Shown: positions 37,435 to 54,000 of the stretch, piece after piece | Layout: the number at the start of each line of letters is the position of its first letter | Numbering within the stretch: the stretch's first letter is position 1 | Translations under genes and position numbers: made by a program | Notes under the pieces: model-generated | Seen by the model: only the letters and a program-made list of their open reading frames with translations | The model's database searches: none | Told to the model about the DNA's origin: nothing | NCBI GenBank assembly: GCA_964057225.1 | Contig: OZ059894.1 | Location: forward strand, 21,948,001-22,012,000 | Length of the DNA stretch: 64,000 bases | Direction: 5' to 3' | Source: Auanema rhodensis | Lineage: Eukaryota > Animalia > Nematoda

Positions 37435-40181
37435 CCTTAAAAATGCACCGAGATATCAACTGATATAAGTTCACACTTATATCCTCGATTTTCACCCTGA
37501 AGAATTAATTTTTTCGTTGAATAACATTGTCTATCGTCTTTGCCTTGAAAAATGGAATCTAAAAACATCTACTTTTTGCTAAATTATTTTGAAATTTTTC
37601 GAAAAAATTTTTGTCAAAATGTTTTTGGAAGCAATGTTGAGTGTACATGGAAACTCAACATACACTAATGCATCATTTTTCAAACGATCATAACTAATTT
37701 TTGTATCAAGCGTTTCTTGATGTAGTATAGTGCATTCGATGCGGATTTTTAAGCTGCGTCGATCTGTGTTATCAGATTTGCGCTAGCTTAAAAATGCACC
37801 GAGATATCAACTGATATAAGTTCACACTTATATCCTCGATTTTCACCCTGAAGAATTAATTTTTTCGTTGAATAACATTGTCTATCGTCTTTGCCTTGAA
37901 AAATGGAAACTAAAAACATCTACTTTTTGCTAAATTATTTTGAAATTTTTCGAAAAAATTTTTGTCAAAATGTTTTTGGAAGCAATGTTGAGTGTACATG
38001 GAAACTCAACATACACTAATGCATCATTTTTCAAACGATCATAACTAATTTTTGTATCAAGCGTTTCTTGATGTAGTATAGTGCATTCGATGCGGATTTT
38101 TAAGCTGCGTCGATCTGTGTTATCAGATTTGCGCTAGCTTAAAAATGCACCGAGATATCAACTGATATAAGTTCACACTTATATCCTCGATTTTCACCCT
38201 GAAGAATTAATTTTTTCGTTGAATAACATTGTCCATCGTCTTTGCCTTAGAAACAGGAATCTAAAAACATCTACTTTTTGCTAAAATATTTTGAAATTTT
38301 TCGAAAAAATTTTTGTCAAAATGTTTTTGGAAGCAATGTTGAGTGTACATGGAAACTCAACACACACTAATGCATCATTTTTCAAACGATCATAACTAAT
38401 TTTTGTATTAAGCGTTTCTCAATAATGTATAGTGCATTCGATGCGGATTTTTAAGCTGCGTCGATCTGTGTTATCAGATTTGCGCTAGCTTAAAAATGCA
38501 CCGAGATATCAACTGATATAAGTTCACACTTATATCCTCGATTTTCACCCTGAAGAATTAATTTTTTCGTTGAATAACATTGTCTATCGTCTTTGCCTTG
38601 AAAAATGGAATCTAAAAACATCTACTTTTTGCTAAATTATTTTGAAATTTTTCGAAAAAATTTTTGTCAAAATGTTTTTGGAAGCAATGTTGAGTGTACA
38701 TGGAAACTCAACATACACTAATGCATCATTTTTCAAACGATCATAACTAATTTTTGTATCAAGCGTTTCTTGATGTAGTATAGTGCATTCGATGCGGATT
38801 TTTAAGCTGCGTCGATCTGTGTTATCAGATTTGCACTAGCTTAAAAATGCACCGAGATATATACTGATATAAGTTCACACTTATATCCTCGATTTTCACC
38901 CTGAAGAATTAATTTTTTCGTTGAATAACATTGTCCATCGTCTTTGCCTTAAAAAAAGGAATCTAAAAACATCTACTTTTTGCTAAATTATTTTGAAATT
39001 TTTCGAAAAAATTTTTGTCAAAATGTTTTTGGAAGCAATGTTGAGTGTACATGGAAACTCAACATACACTAATGCATCATTTTTCAAACGATCATAACTA
39101 ATTTTTGTATCAAGCGTTTCTTGATGTAGTATAGTGCATTCGATGCGGATTTTTAAGCTGCGTCGATCTGTGTTATCAGATTTGCGCTACCTTAAAAATG
39201 CACCGAGATATCAACTGATATAAGTTCACACTTATATCCTCGATTTTCACCCTGAAGAATTAATTTTTTCGTTGAATAACATTGTCTATCGTCTTTGCCT
39301 TGAAAAATGGAATCTAAAAACATCTACTTTTTGCTAAATTATTTTGAAATTTTTCGAAAAAATTTTTGTCAAAATGTTTTTGGAAGCAATGTTGAGTGTA
39401 CATGGAAACTCAACATACACTAATGCATCATTTTTCAAACGATCATAACTAATTTTTGTATCAAGCGTTTCTTGATGTAGTATAGTGCATTCGATGCGGA
39501 TTTTTAAGCTGCGTCGATCTGTGTTATCAGATTTGCGCTAGCTTAAAAATGCACCGAGATATCAACTGATATAAGTTCACACTTATATCCTCGATTTTCA
39601 CCCTGAAGAATTAATTTTTTCGTTGAATAACATTGTCTATCGTCTTTGCCTTGAAAAATGGAAACTAAAAACATCTACTTTTTGCTAAATTATTTTGAAA
39701 TTTTTCGAAAAAATTTTTGTCAAAATGTTTTTGGAAGCAATGTTGAGTGTACATGGAAACTCAACATACACTAATGCATCATTTTTCAAACGATCATAAC
39801 TAATTTTTGTATCAAGCGTTTCTTGATGTAGTATAGTGCATTCGATGCGGATTTTTAAGCTGCGTCGATCTGTGTTATCAGATTTGCGCTAGCTTAAAAA
39901 TGCACCGAGATATCAACTGATATAAGTTCACACTTATATCCTCGATTTTCACCCTGAAGAATTAATTTTTTCGTTGAATAACATTGTCCATCGTCTTTGC
40001 CTTAGAAACAGGAATCTAAAAACATCTACTTTTTGCTAAAATATTTTGAAATTTTTCGAAAAAATTTTTGTCAAAATGTTTTTGGAAGCAATGTTGAGTG
40101 TACATGGAAACTCAACACACACTAATGCATCATTTTTCAAACGATCATAACTAATTTTTGTATTAAGCGTTTCTCAATAAT
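37435..40181 (+). repeat. Block duplication with a 5-monomer period (span of marker variants)
   Basis: Variants pair at 1755 bp (5x351): GCTACCTT 37435/39190, GGAAACT 37909/39664, CTTAGAAAC 38250/40005, AATAATGT 38424/40179. Confidence 0.9.
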
Positions 40182-43100
40182 GTATAGTGCATTCGATGCG
40201 GATTTTTAAGCTGCGTCGATCTGTGTTATCAGATTTGCGCTAGCTTAAAAATGCACCGAGATATCAACTGATATAAGTTCACACTTATATCCTCGATTTT
40301 CACCCTGAAGAATTAATTTTTTCGTTGAATAACATTGTCTATCGTCTTTGCCTTGAAAAATGGAATCTAAAAACATCTACTTTTTGCTAAATTATTTTGA
40401 AATTTTTCGAAAAAATTTTTGTCAAAATGTTTTTGGAAGCAATGTTGAGTGTACATGGAAACTCAACATACACTAATGCATCATTTTTCAAACGATCATA
40501 ACTAATTTTTGTATCAAGCGTTTCTTGATGTAGTATAGTGCATTCGATGCGGATTTTTAAGCTGCGTCGATCTGTGTTATCAGATTTGCGCTAGCTTAAA
40601 AATGCACCGAGATATCAACTGATATAAGTTCACACTTATATCCTCGATTTTCACCCTGAAGAATTAATTTTTTCGTTGAATAACATTGTCCATCGTCTTT
40701 GCCTTAAAAAAAGGAATCTAAAAACATCTACTTTTTGCTAAATTATTTTGAAATTTTTCGAAAAAATTTTTGTCAAAATGTTTTTGGAAGCAATGTTGAG
40801 TGTACATGGGAACTCAACATACACTAATGCATCATTTTTCAAACGATCATAACTAATTTGTGTATTAAGCGTTTCTCAATGTAGTATAGTGCATTCGATG
40901 CGGATTTTTAAGCTGCGTCGATCTGTGTTATCAGATTTGCGCTAGCTTAAAAATGCACCGAGATATCAACTGATATAAGTTTACACTTATATCCTCGATT
41001 TTCACCCTGAAGAATTAATTTTTTCGTTGAATAACATTGTCCATCGTCTTTGCCTTAAAAAAAGGAATCTAAAAACATCTACTTTTTGCTAAAATATTTT
41101 GAAATTTTTCGAAAAAATTTTTGTCAAAATGTTTTTGGAAGCAATGTTGAGTGTACATGGAAACTCAACATACACTAATGCATCATTTTTCAAACGATCA
41201 TAACTAATTTGTGTATTAAGCGTTTCTCAATGTAGTATAGTGCATTCGATGCGGATTTTTAAGCTGCGTCGATCTGTGTTATCAGATTTGCGCTAGCTTA
41301 AAAATGCACCGAGATATCAACTGATATAAGTTTACACTTATATCCTCGATTTTCACCCTGAAGAATTAATTTTTTCGTTGAATAACATTGTCCATCGTCT
41401 TTGCCTTAAAAAAAGGAATCTAAAAACATCTACTTTTTGCTAAATTATTTTGAAATTTTTCGAAAAAATTTTTGTCAAAATGTTTTTGGAAGCAATGTTG
41501 AGTGTACATGGAAACTCAACATACACTAATGCATCATTTTTCAAACGATCATAACTAATTTGTGTATTAAGCGTTTCTCAATGTAGTATAGTGCATTCGA
41601 TGCGGATTTTTAAGCTGCGTCGATCTGTGTTATCAGATTTGCGCTAGCTTAAAAATGCACCGAGATATCAACTGATATAAGTTTACACTTATATCCTCGA
41701 TTTTCACCCTGAAGAATTAATTTTTTCGTTGAATAACATTGTCCATCGTCTTTGCCTTAAAAAAAGGAATCTAAAAACATCTACTTTTTGCTAAATTATT
41801 TTGAAATTTTTCGAAAAAATTTTTGTCAAAATGTTTTTGGAAGCAATGTTGAGTGTACATGGAAACTCAACATACACTAATGCATCATTTTTCAAACGAT
41901 CATAACTAATTTGTTTATTAAGCGTTTCTCAATGTAGTATAGTGCATTCGATGCGGATTTTTAAGCTGCGTCGATCTGTGTTATCAGATTTGCGCTAGCT
42001 TAAAAATGCACCGAGATATCAACTGATATAAGTTCACACTTATATCCTCGATTTTCACCCTGAAGAATTTATTTTTTCGTTGAATAACATTGTCTATCGT
42101 CTTTGCCTTGAAAAATGGAATCTAAAAACATCTACTTTTTGCTAAATTATTTTGAAATTTTTCGAAAAAATTTTTGTCAAAATGTTTTTGGAAGCAATGT
42201 TGAGTGTACATGGAAACTCAACATACACTAATGCATCATTTTTCAAACGATCATAACTAATTTTTGTATCAAGCGTTTCTTGATGTAGTATAGTGCATTC
42301 GATGCGGATTTTTAAGCTGCGTCGATCTGTGTTATCAGATTTGCGCTACCTTAAAAATGCACCGAGATATCAACTGATATAAGTTCACACTTATATCCTC
42401 GATTTTCACCCTGAAGAATTAATTTTTTCGTTGAATAACATTGTCCATCGTCTTTGCCTTAAAAAAAGGAATCTAAAAACATCTACTTTTTGCTAAATTA
42501 TTTTGAAATTTTTCGAAAAAATTTTTGTCAAAATGTTTTTGGAAGCAATGTTGAGTGTACATGGAAACTCAACATACACTAATGCATCATTTTTCAAACG
42601 ATCATAACTAATTTGTTTATTAAGCGTTTCTCAATGTAGTATAGTGCATTCGATGCGGATTTTTAAGCTGCGTCGATCTGTGTTATCAGATTTGCGCTAG
42701 CTTAAAAATGCACCGAGATATCAACTGATATAAGTTCACACTTATATCCTCGATTTTCACCCTGAAGAATTTATTTTTTCGTTGAATAACATTGTCTATC
42801 GTCTTTGCCTTGAAAAATGGAATCTAAAAACATCTACTTTTTGCTAAATTATTTTGAAATTTTTCGAAAAAATTTTTGTCAAAATGTTTTTGGAAGCAAT
42901 GTTGAGTGTACATGGAAACTCAACATACACTAATGCATCATTTTTCAAACGATCATAACTAATTTTTGTATCAAGCGTTTCTTGATGTAGTATAGTGCAT
43001 TCGATGCGGATTTTTAAGCTGCGTCGATCTGTGTTATCAGATTTGCGCTAGCTTAAAAATGCACCGAGATATCAACTGATATAAGTTCACACTTATATCC

Positions 43101-46100
43101 TCGATTTTCACCCTGAAGAATTAATTTTTTCGTTGAATAACATTGTCCATCGTCTTTGCCTTAGAAACAGGAATCTAAAAACATCTACTTTTTGCTAAAA
43201 TATTTTGAAATTTTTCGAAAAAATTTTTGTCAAAATGTTTTTGGAAGCAATGTTGAGTGTACATGGAAACTCAACACACACTAATGCATCATTTTTCAAA
43301 CGATCATAACTAATTTTTGTATTAAGCGTTTCTCAATAATGTATAGTGCATTCGATGCGGATTTTTAAGCTGCGTCGATCTGTGTTATCAGATTTGCGCT
43401 AGCTTAAAAATGCACCGAGATATCAACTGATATAAGTTCACACTTATATCCTCGATTTTCACCCTGAAGAATTAATTTTTTCGTTGAATAACATTGTCTA
43501 TCGTCTTTGCCTTGAAAAATGGAATCTAAAAACATCTACTTTTTGCTAAATTATTTTGAAATTTTTCGAAAAAATTTTTGTCAAAATGTTTTTGGAAGCA
43601 ATGTTGAGTGTACATGGAAACTCAACATACACTAATGCATCATTTTTCAAACGATCATAACTAATTTTTGTATCAAGCGTTTCTTGATGTAGTATAGTGC
43701 ATTCGATGCGGATTTTTAAGCTGCGTCGATCTGTGTTATCAGATTTGCGCTAGCTTAAAAATGCACCGAGATATCAACTGATATAAGTTCACACTTATAT
43801 CCTCGATTTTCACCCTGAAGAATTAATTTTTTCGTTGAATAACATTGTCCATCGTCTTTGCCTTAAAAAAAGGAATCTAAAAACATCTACTTTTTGCTAA
43901 ATTATTTTGAAATTTTTCGAAAAAATTTTTGTCAAAATGTTTTTGGAAGCAATGTTGAGTGTACATGGGAACTCAACATACACTAATGCATCATTTTTCA
44001 AACGATCATAACTAATTTGTGTATTAAGCGTTTCTCAATGTAGTATAGTGCATTCGATGCGGATTTTTAAGCTGCGTCGATCTGTGTTATCAGATTTGCG
44101 CTAGCTTAAAAATGCACCGAGATATCAACTGATATAAGTTTACACTTATATCCTCGATTTTCACCCTGAAGAATTAATTTTTTCGTTGAATAACATTGTC
44201 CATCGTCTTTGCCTTAAAAAAAGGAATCTAAAAACATCTACTTTTTGCTAAATTATTTTGAAATTTTTCGAAAAAATTTTTGTCAAAATGTTTTTGGAAG
44301 CAATGTTGAGTGTACATGGAAACTCAACATACACTAATGCATCATTTTTCAAACGATCATAACTAATTTGTGTATTAAGCGTTTCTCAATGTAGTATAGT
44401 GCATTCGATGCGGATTTTTAAGCTGCGTCGATCTGTGTTATCAGATTTGCGCTAGCTTAAAAATGCACCGAGATATCAACTGATATAAGTTTACACTTAT
44501 ATCCTCGATTTTCACCCTGAAGAATTAATTTTTTCGTTGAATAACATTGTCCATCGTCTTTGCCTTAAAAAAAGGAATCTAAAAACATCTACTTTTTGCT
44601 AAATTATTTTGAAATTTTTCGAAAAAATTTTTGTCAAAATGTTTTTGGAAGCAATGTTGAGTGTACATGGAAACTCAACATACACTAATGCATCATTTTT
44701 CAAACGATCATAACTAATTTTTGTATCAAGCGTTTCTTGATGTAGTATAGTGCATTCGATGCGGATTTTTAAGCTGCGTCGATCTGTGTTATCAGATTTG
44801 CGCTAGCTTAAAAATGCACCGAGATATCAACTGATATAAGTTCACACTTATATCCTCGATTTTCACCCTGAAGAATTAATTTTTTCGTTGAATAACATTG
44901 TCCATCGTCTTTGCCTTAAAAACAGGAATCTAAAAACATCTACTTTTTGCTAAAATATTTTGAAATTTTTCGAAAAAATTTTTGTCAAAATGTTTTTGGA
45001 AGCAATGTTGAGTGTACATGGAAACTCAACACACACTAATGCATCATTTTTCAAACGATCATAACTAATTTTTGTATTAAGCGTTTCTCAATAATGTATA
45101 GTGCATTCGATGCGGATTTTTAAGCTGCGTCGATCTGTGTTATCAGATTTGCGCTAGCTTAAAAATGCACCGAGATATCAACTGATATAAGTTCACACTT
45201 ATATCCTCGATTTTCACCCTGAAGAATTAATTTTTTCGTTGAATAACATTGTCTATCGTCTTTGCCTTGAAAAATGGAATCTAAAAACATCTACTTTTTG
45301 CTAAATTATTTTGAAATTTTTCGAAAAAAGTTTTGTCAAAATGTTTTTGGAAGCAATGTTGAGTGTACATGGAAACTCAACATACACTAATGCATCATTT
45401 TTCAAACGATCATAACTAATTTTTGTATCAAGCGTTTCTTGATGTAGTATAGTGCATTCGATGCGGATTTTTAAGCTGCGTCGATCTGTGTTATCAGATT
45501 TGCGCTAGCTTAAAAATGCACCGAGATATCAACTGATATAAGTTCACACTTATATCCTCGATTTTCACCCTGAAGAATTAATTTTTTCGTTGAATAACAT
45601 TGTCTATCGTCTTTGCCTTGAAAAATGGAATCTAAAAACATCTACTTTTTGCTAAATTATTTTGAAATTTTTCGAAAAAATTTTTGTCAAAATGTTTTTG
45701 GAAGCAATGTTGAGTGTACATGGAAACTCAACATACACTAATGCATCATTTTTCAAACGATCATAACTAATTTTTGTATCAAGCGTTTCTTGATGTAGTA
45801 TAGTGCATTCGATGCGGATTTTTAAGCTGCGTCGATCTGTGTTATCAGATTTGCGCTAGCTTAAAAATGCACCGAGATATCAACTGATATAAGTTCACAC
45901 TTATATCCTCGATTTTCACCCTGAAGAATTAATTTTTTCGTTGAATAACATTGTCCATCGTCTTTGCCTTAAAAACAGGAATCTAAAAACATCTACTTTT
46001 TGCTAAAATATTTTGAAATTTTTCGAAAAAATTTTTGTCAAAATGTTTTTGGAAGCAATGTTGAGTGTACATGGAAACTCAACACACACTAATGCATCAT

Positions 46101-49100
46101 TTTTCAAACGATCATAACTAATTTTTGTATTAAGCGTTTCTCAATAATGTATAGTGCATTCGATGCGGATTTTTAAGCTGCGTCGATCTGTGTTATCAGA
46201 TTTGCGCTAGCTTAAAAATGCACCGAGATATCAACTGATATAAGTTCACACTTATATCCTCGATTTTCACCCTGAAGAATTAATTTTTTCGTTGAATAAC
46301 ATTGTCTATCGTCTTTGCCTTGAAAAATGGAATCTAAAAACATCTACTTTTTGCTAAATTATTTTGAAATTTTTCGAAAAAATTTTTGTCAAAATGTTTT
46401 TGGAAGCAATGTTGAGTGTACATGGAAACTCAACATACACTAATGCATCATTTTTCAAACGATCATAACTAATTTTTGTATCAAGCGTTTCTTGATGTAG
46501 TATAGTGCATTCGATGCGGATTTTTAAGCTGCGTCGATCTGTGTTATCAGATTTGCGCTAGCTTAAAAATGCACCGAGATATCAACTGATATAAGTTCAC
46601 ACTTATATCCTCGATTTTCACCCTGAAGAATTAATTTTTTCGTTGAATAACATTGTCTATCGTCTTTGCCTTGAAAAATGGAATCTAAAAACATCTACTT
46701 TTTGCTAAATTATTTTGAAATTTTTCGAAAAAATTTTTGTCAAAATGTTTTTGGAAGCAATGTTGAGTGTACATGGAAACTCAACATACACTAATGCATC
46801 ATTTTTCAAACGATCATAACTAATTTTTGTATCAAGCGTTTCTTGATGTAGTATAGTGCATTCGATGCGGTTTTTCAAGCTGCGTCGATCTGTGTTATCA
46901 GATTTGCGCTAGCTTAAAAATGCACCGAGATATCAACTGATATAAGTTCACACTTATATCCTCGATTTTCACCCTGAAGAATTAATTTTTTCGTTGAATA
47001 ACATTGTCCATCGTCTTTGCCTTAAAAAAAGGAATCTAAAAACATCTACTTTTTGCTAAATTATTTTGAAATTTTTCGAAAAAATTTTTGTCAAAATGTT
47101 TTTTGAAGCAATGTTGAGTGTACATGGAAACTCAACATACACTAATGCATCATTTTTCAAACGAACATAACTAATTTTTGTATCAAGCGTTTCTCAATGT
47201 AGTATAGTGCATTCGATGCGGATTTTTAAGCTGCGTCGATCTGTGTTATCAAATTTGCGCTAGCTTAAAAATGCACCGAGATATCAACTGATATAAGTTC
47301 ACACTTATATCCTCGATTTTCACCCTGAAGAATTAATTTTTTCGTTGAATAACATTGTCCATCGTCTTTGCCTTAAAAACAGGAATCTAAAAACATCTAC
47401 TTTTTGCTAAATTATTATAAAATTTTTCGAAAAAATTTTTGTCAAAATGTTTTTGGAAGCAATGTTGAGTGTACATGGAAACTCAACATACACTAATGCA
47501 TCATTTTTCAAACGATCATAACTAATTTTTGTATTAAGCGTTTCTTGATGTAGTATAGTGCATTCGATGCGGTTTTTCAAGCTGCGTCGATCTGTGTTAT
47601 CAGATTTGCGCTAGCTTAAAAATGCACCGAGATATCAACTGATATAAGTTCACACTTATATCCTCGATTTTCACCCTGAAGAATTAATTTTTTCGTTGAA
47701 TAACATTGTCCATCGTCTTTGCCTTAAAAAAAGGAATCTAAAAACATCTACTTTTTGCTAAATTATTTTGAAATTTTTCGAAAAAATTTTTGTCAAAATG
47801 TTTTTTGAAGCAATGTTGAGTGTACATGGAAACTCAACATACACTAATGCATCATTTTTCAAACGAACATAACTAATTTTTGTATCAAGCGTTTCTCAAT
47901 GTAGTATAGTGCATTCGATGCGGATTTTTAAGCTGCGTCGATCTGTGTTATCAAATTTGCGCTAGCTTAAAAATGCACCGAGATATCAACTGATATAAGT
48001 TCACACTTATATCCTCGATTTTCACCCTGAAGAATTAATTTTTTCGTTGAATAACATTGTCCATCGTCTTTGCCTTAAAAACAGGAATCTAAAAACATCT
48101 ACTTTTTGCTAAATTATTATAAAATTTTTCGAAAAAATTTTTGTCAAAATGTTTTTGGAAGCAATGTTGAGTGTACATGGAAACTCAACATACACTAATG
48201 CATCATTTTTCAAACGATCATAACTAATTTTTGTATTAAGCGTTTCTCAATGTAGTATAGTGCATTCGATGCGGATTTTTAAGCTGCGTCGATCTGTGTT
48301 ATCAGATTTGCGCTAGCTTAAAAATGCACCGAGATATCAACTGATATAAGTTCACACTTATATCCTCGATTTTCACCCTGAAGAATTAATTTTTTCGTTG
48401 AATAACATTGTCCATCGTCTTTGCCTTAAAAAAAGGAATCTAAAAACATCTACTTTTTGCTAAATTATTTTGAAATTTTTCGAAAAAATTTTTGTCAAAA
48501 TGTTTTTGGAAGCAATGTTGAGTGTACATGGAAACTCAACATACACTAATGCATCATTTTTCAAACGATCATAACTAATTTGTGTATTAAGCGTTTCTCA
48601 ATGTAGTATAGTGCATTCGATGCGGATTTTTAAGCTGCGTCGATCTGTGTTATCAGATTTGCGCTAGCTTAAAAATGCACCGAGATATCAACTGATATAA
48701 GTTCACACTTATATCCTCGATTTTCACCCTGAAGAATTAATTTTTTCGTTGAATAACATTGTCTATCGTCTTTGCCTTGAAAAATGGAATCTAAAAACAT
48801 CTACTTTTTGCTAAATTATTTTGAAATTTTTCGAAAAAATTTTTGTCAAAATGTTTTTGGAAGCAATGTTGAGTGTACATGGAAACTCAACATACACTAA
48901 TGCATCATTTTTCAAACGATCATAACTAATTTTTGTATCAAGCGTTTCTTGATGTAGTATAGTGCATTCGATGCGGTTTTTCAAGCTGCGTCGATCTGTG
49001 TTATCAGATTTGCGCTAGCTTAAAAATGCACCGAGATATCAACTGATATAAGTTCACACTTATATCCTCGATTTTCACCCTGAAGAATTAATTTTTTCGT

Positions 49101-51049
49101 TGAATAACATTGTCCATCGTCTTTGCCTTAAAAAAAGGAATCTAAAAACATCTACTTTTTGCTAAATTATTTTGAAATTTTTCGAAAAAATTTTTGTCAA
49201 AATGTTTTTTGAAGCAATGTTGAGTGTACATGGAAACTCAACATACACTAATGCATCATTTTTCAAACGAACATAACTAATTTTTGTATCAAGCGTTTCT
49301 CAATGTAGTATAGTGCATTCGATGCGGATTTTTAAGCTGCGTCGATCTGTGTTATCAAATTTGCGCTAGCTTAAAAATGCACCGAGATATCAACTGATAT
49401 AAGTTCACACTTATATCCTCGATTTTCACCCTGAAGAATTAATTTTTTCGTTGAATAACATTGTCCATCGTCTTTGCCTTAAAAACAGGAATCTAAAAAC
49501 ATCTACTTTTTGCTAAATTATTATAAAATTTTTCGAAAAAAGTTTTGTCAAAATGTTTTTGGAAGCAATGTTGAGTGTACATGGAAACTCAACATACACT
49601 AATGCATCATTTTTCAAACGATCATAACTAATTTGTGTATTAAGCGTTTCTCAATGTAGTATAGTGCATTCGATGCGGATTTTTAAGCTGCGTCGATCTG
49701 TGTTATCAGATTTGCGCTAGCTTAAAAATGCACCGAGATATCAACTGATATAAGTTCACACTTATATCCTCGATTTTCACCCTGAAGAATTAATTTTTTC
49801 GTTGAATAACATTGTCTATCGTCTTTGCCTTGAAAAATGGAATCTAAAAACATCTACTTTTTGCTAAATTATTTTGAAATTTTTCGAAAAAATTTTTGTC
49901 AAAATGTTTTTGGAAGCAATGTTGAGTGTACATGGAAACTCAACATACACTAATGCATCATTTTTCAAACGATCATAACTAATTTGTGTATTAAGCGTTT
50001 CTCAATGTAGTATAGTGCATTCGATGCGGATTTTTAAGCTGCGTCGATCTGTGTTATCAGATTTGCGCTAGCTTAAAAATGCACCGAGATATCAACTGAT
50101 ATAAGTTCACACTTATATCCTCGATTTTCACCCTGAAGAATTAATTTTTTCGTTGAATAACATTGTCTATCGTCTTTGCCTTGAAAAATGGAATCTAAAA
50201 ACATCTACTTTTTGCTGAATTATTTTGAAATTTTTCGAAAAAATTTTTGTCAAAATGTTTTTGGAAGCAATGTTGAGTGTACATGGAAACTCAACATACA
50301 CTAATGCATCATTTTTCAAACGATCATAACTAATTTTTGTATCAAGCGTTTCTCAATGTAGTATAGTGCATTCGATGCGGATTTTTAAGCTGCGTCGATC
50401 TGTGTTATCCGATTTGCGCTAGCTTAAAAATGCACCGAGATATCAACTGATATAAGTTCACACTTAAATCCTCGATTTTCACCCTGAAGAATTAATTTTT
50501 TCGTTGAATAACATTGTCTATCGTCTTTGCCTTGAAAAATGGAATCTAAAAACATCTACTTTTTGCTAAATTATTTTGAAATTTTTCGAAAAAATTTTTG
50601 TCAAAATGTTTTTGGAAGCAATGTTGAGTGTACATGGAAACTCAACATACACTAATGCATCATTTTTCAAACGATCATAACTAATTTTTGTATCAAGCGT
50701 TTCTTGATGTAGTATAGTGCATTCGATGCGAATTTTTAAGCTGCGTCGATCTGTGTTATCAAATTTGCGCTAGCTTAAAAATGCACCGAGATATCAACTG
50801 ATATAAGTTCACACTTATATCCTCGATTTTCACCCTGAAGAATTAATTTTTTCGTTGAATAACATTGTCCATCGTCTTTGCCTTAAAAACAGGAATCTAA
50901 AAACATCTACTTTTTGCTAAATTATTATAAAATTTTTCGAAAAAATTTTTGTCAAAATGTTTTTGGAAGCAATGTTGAGTGTACATGGAAACTCAACATA
51001 CACTAATGCATCATTTTTCAAACGATCATAACTAATTTTTGTATTAAGC

Positions 51050-54000
51050 GTTTCTCAATGTAGTATAGTGCATTCGATGCGGATTTTTAAGCTGCGTCGA
51101 TCTGTGTTATCAGATTTGCGCTAGCTTAAAAATGCACCGAGATATCAACTGATATAAGTTCACACTTATATCCTCGATTTTCACCCTGAAGAATTAATTT
51201 TTTCGTTGAATAACATTGTCCATCGTCTTTGCCTTAAAAAAAGGAATTTAAAAACATCTACTTTTTGCTAAATTATTTTGAAATTTTTCGAAAAAATTTT
51301 TGTCAAAATGTTTTTTGAAGCAATGTTGAGTGTACATGGAAACTCAACATACACTAATGCATCATTTTTCAAACGATCATAACTAATTTGTGTATTAAGC
51401 GTTTCTCAATGTAGTATAGTGCATTCGATGCGGATTTTTAAGCTGCGTCGATCTGTGTTATCAGATTTGCGCTAGCTTAAAAATGCACCGAGATATCAAC
51501 TGATATAAGTTTACACTTATATCCTCGATTTTCACCCTGAAGAATTAATTTTTTCGTTGAATAACATTGTCCATCGTCTTTGCCTTAAAAAAAGGAATCT
51601 AAAAACATCTACTTTTTGCTAAATTATTTTGAAATTTTTCGAAAAAATTTTTGTCAAAATGTTTTTTGAAGCAATGTTGAGTGTACATGGAAACTCAACA
51701 TACACTAATGCATCATTTTTCAAACGAACATAACTAATTTTTGTATCAAGCGTTTCTCAATGTAGTATAGTGCATTCGATGCGGATTTTTAAGCTGCGTC
51801 GATCTGTGTTATCAAATTTGCGCTAGCTTAAAAATGCACCGAGATATCAACTGATATAAGTTCACACTTATATCCTCGATTTTCACCCTGAAGAATTAAT
51901 TTTTTCGTTGAATAACATTGTCCATCGTCTTTGCCTTAAAAACAGGAATCTAAAAACATCTACTTTTTGCTAAATTATTATGAAATTTTTCGAAAAAATT
52001 TTTGTCAAAATGTTTTTTGAAGCAATGTTGAGTGTACATGGAAACTCAACATACACTAATGCATCATTTTTCAAACGATCATAACTAATTTTTGTATTAA
52101 GCGTTTCTCAATGTAGTATAGTGCATTCGATGCGGTTTTTCAAGCTGCGTCGATCTGTGTTATCAGATTTGCGCTAGCTTAAAAATGCACCGAGATATCA
52201 ACTGATATAAGTTCACACTTATATCCTCGATTTTCACCCTGAAGAATTAATTTTTTCGTTGAATAACCTTGTCTATCGTCTTTGCCTTGAAAAATGGAAT
52301 CTAAAAACATCTACTTTTTGCTAAATTATTTTGAAATTTTTCGAAAAAATTTTTGTCAAAATGTTTTTGGAAGCAATGTTGAGTGTACATGGAAACTCAA
52401 CACACACTAATGCATCATTTTTCAAACGATCATAACTAATTTTTGTATTAAGCGTTTCTCAATGTTGTATAGTGCATTCGATGCGGATTTTTAAGCTGCG
52501 TCGATCTGTGTTATCAGATTTGCGCTAGCTTAAAAATGCACCGAGATATCAACTGATATAAGTTCACACTTATATCCTCGATTTTCACCCTGAAGAATTA
52601 ATTTTTTCGTTGAATAACATTGTCTATCGTCTTTGCCTTGAAAAATGGAATCTAAAAACATCTACTTTTTGCTAAATTATTTTGAAATTTTTCGAAAAAA
52701 TTTTTGTCAAAATGTTTTTGGAAGCAATGTTGAGTGTACATGGAAACTCAACATACACTAATGCATCATTTTTCAAACGAACATAACTAATTTTTGTATC
52801 AAGCGTTTCTCAATGTAGTATAGTGCATTCGATGCGGATTTTTAAGCTGCGTCGATCTGTGTTATCAAATTTGCGCTAGCTTAAAAATGCACCGAGATAT
52901 CAACTGATATAAGTTCACACTTATATCCTCGATTTTCACCCTGAAGAATTAATTTTTTCGTTGAATAACATTGTCCATCGTCTTTGCCTTAAAAACAGGA
53001 ATCTAAAAACATCTACTTTTTGCTAAATTATTATAAAATTTTTCGAAAAAATTTTTGTCAAAATGTTTTTGGAAGCAATGTTGAGTGTACATGGAAACTC
53101 AACATACACTAATGCATCATTTTTCAAACGATCATAACTAATTTTTGTATTAAGCGTTTCTCAATGTTGTATAGTGCATTCGATGCGGATTTTTAAGCTG
53201 CGTCGATCTGTGTTATCAGATTTGCGCTAGCTTAAAAATGCACCGAGATATCAACTGATATAAGTTTACACTTATATCCTCGATTTTCACCCTGAAGAAT
53301 TAATTTTTTCGTTGAATAACATTGTCCATCGTCTTTGCCTTAAAAAAAGGAATCTAAAAACATCTACTTTTTGCTAAATTATTTTGAAATTTTTCGAAAA
53401 AATTTTTGTCAAAATGTTTTTTGAAGCAATGTTGAGTGTACATGGAAACTCAACATACAATAATGCATCATTTTTCAAACGATCATAACTAATTTGTGTA
53501 TTAAGCGTTTCTCAATGTAGTATAGTGCATTCGATGCGGATTTTTAAGCTGCGTCGATCTGTGTTATCAGATTTGCGCTAGCTTAAAAATGCACCGAGAT
53601 ATCAACTGATATAAGTTCACACTTATATCCTCGATTTTCACCCTGAAGAATTAATTTTTTCGTTGAATAACATTGTCCATCGTCTTTGCCTTAAAAAAAG
53701 GAATTTAAAAACATCTACTTTTTGCTAAATTATTTTGAAATTTTTCGAAAAAATTTTTGTCAAAATGTTTTTTGAAGCAATGTTGAGTGTACATGGAAAC
53801 TCAACATACACTAATGCATCATTTTTCAAACGATCATAACTAATTTGTGTATTAAGCGTTTCTCAATGTAGTATAGTGCATTCGATGCGGATTTTTAAGC
53901 TGCGTCGATCTGTGTTATCAGATTTGCGCTAGCTTAAAAATGCACCGAGATATCAACTGATATAAGTTTACACTTATATCCTCGATTTTCACCCTGAAGA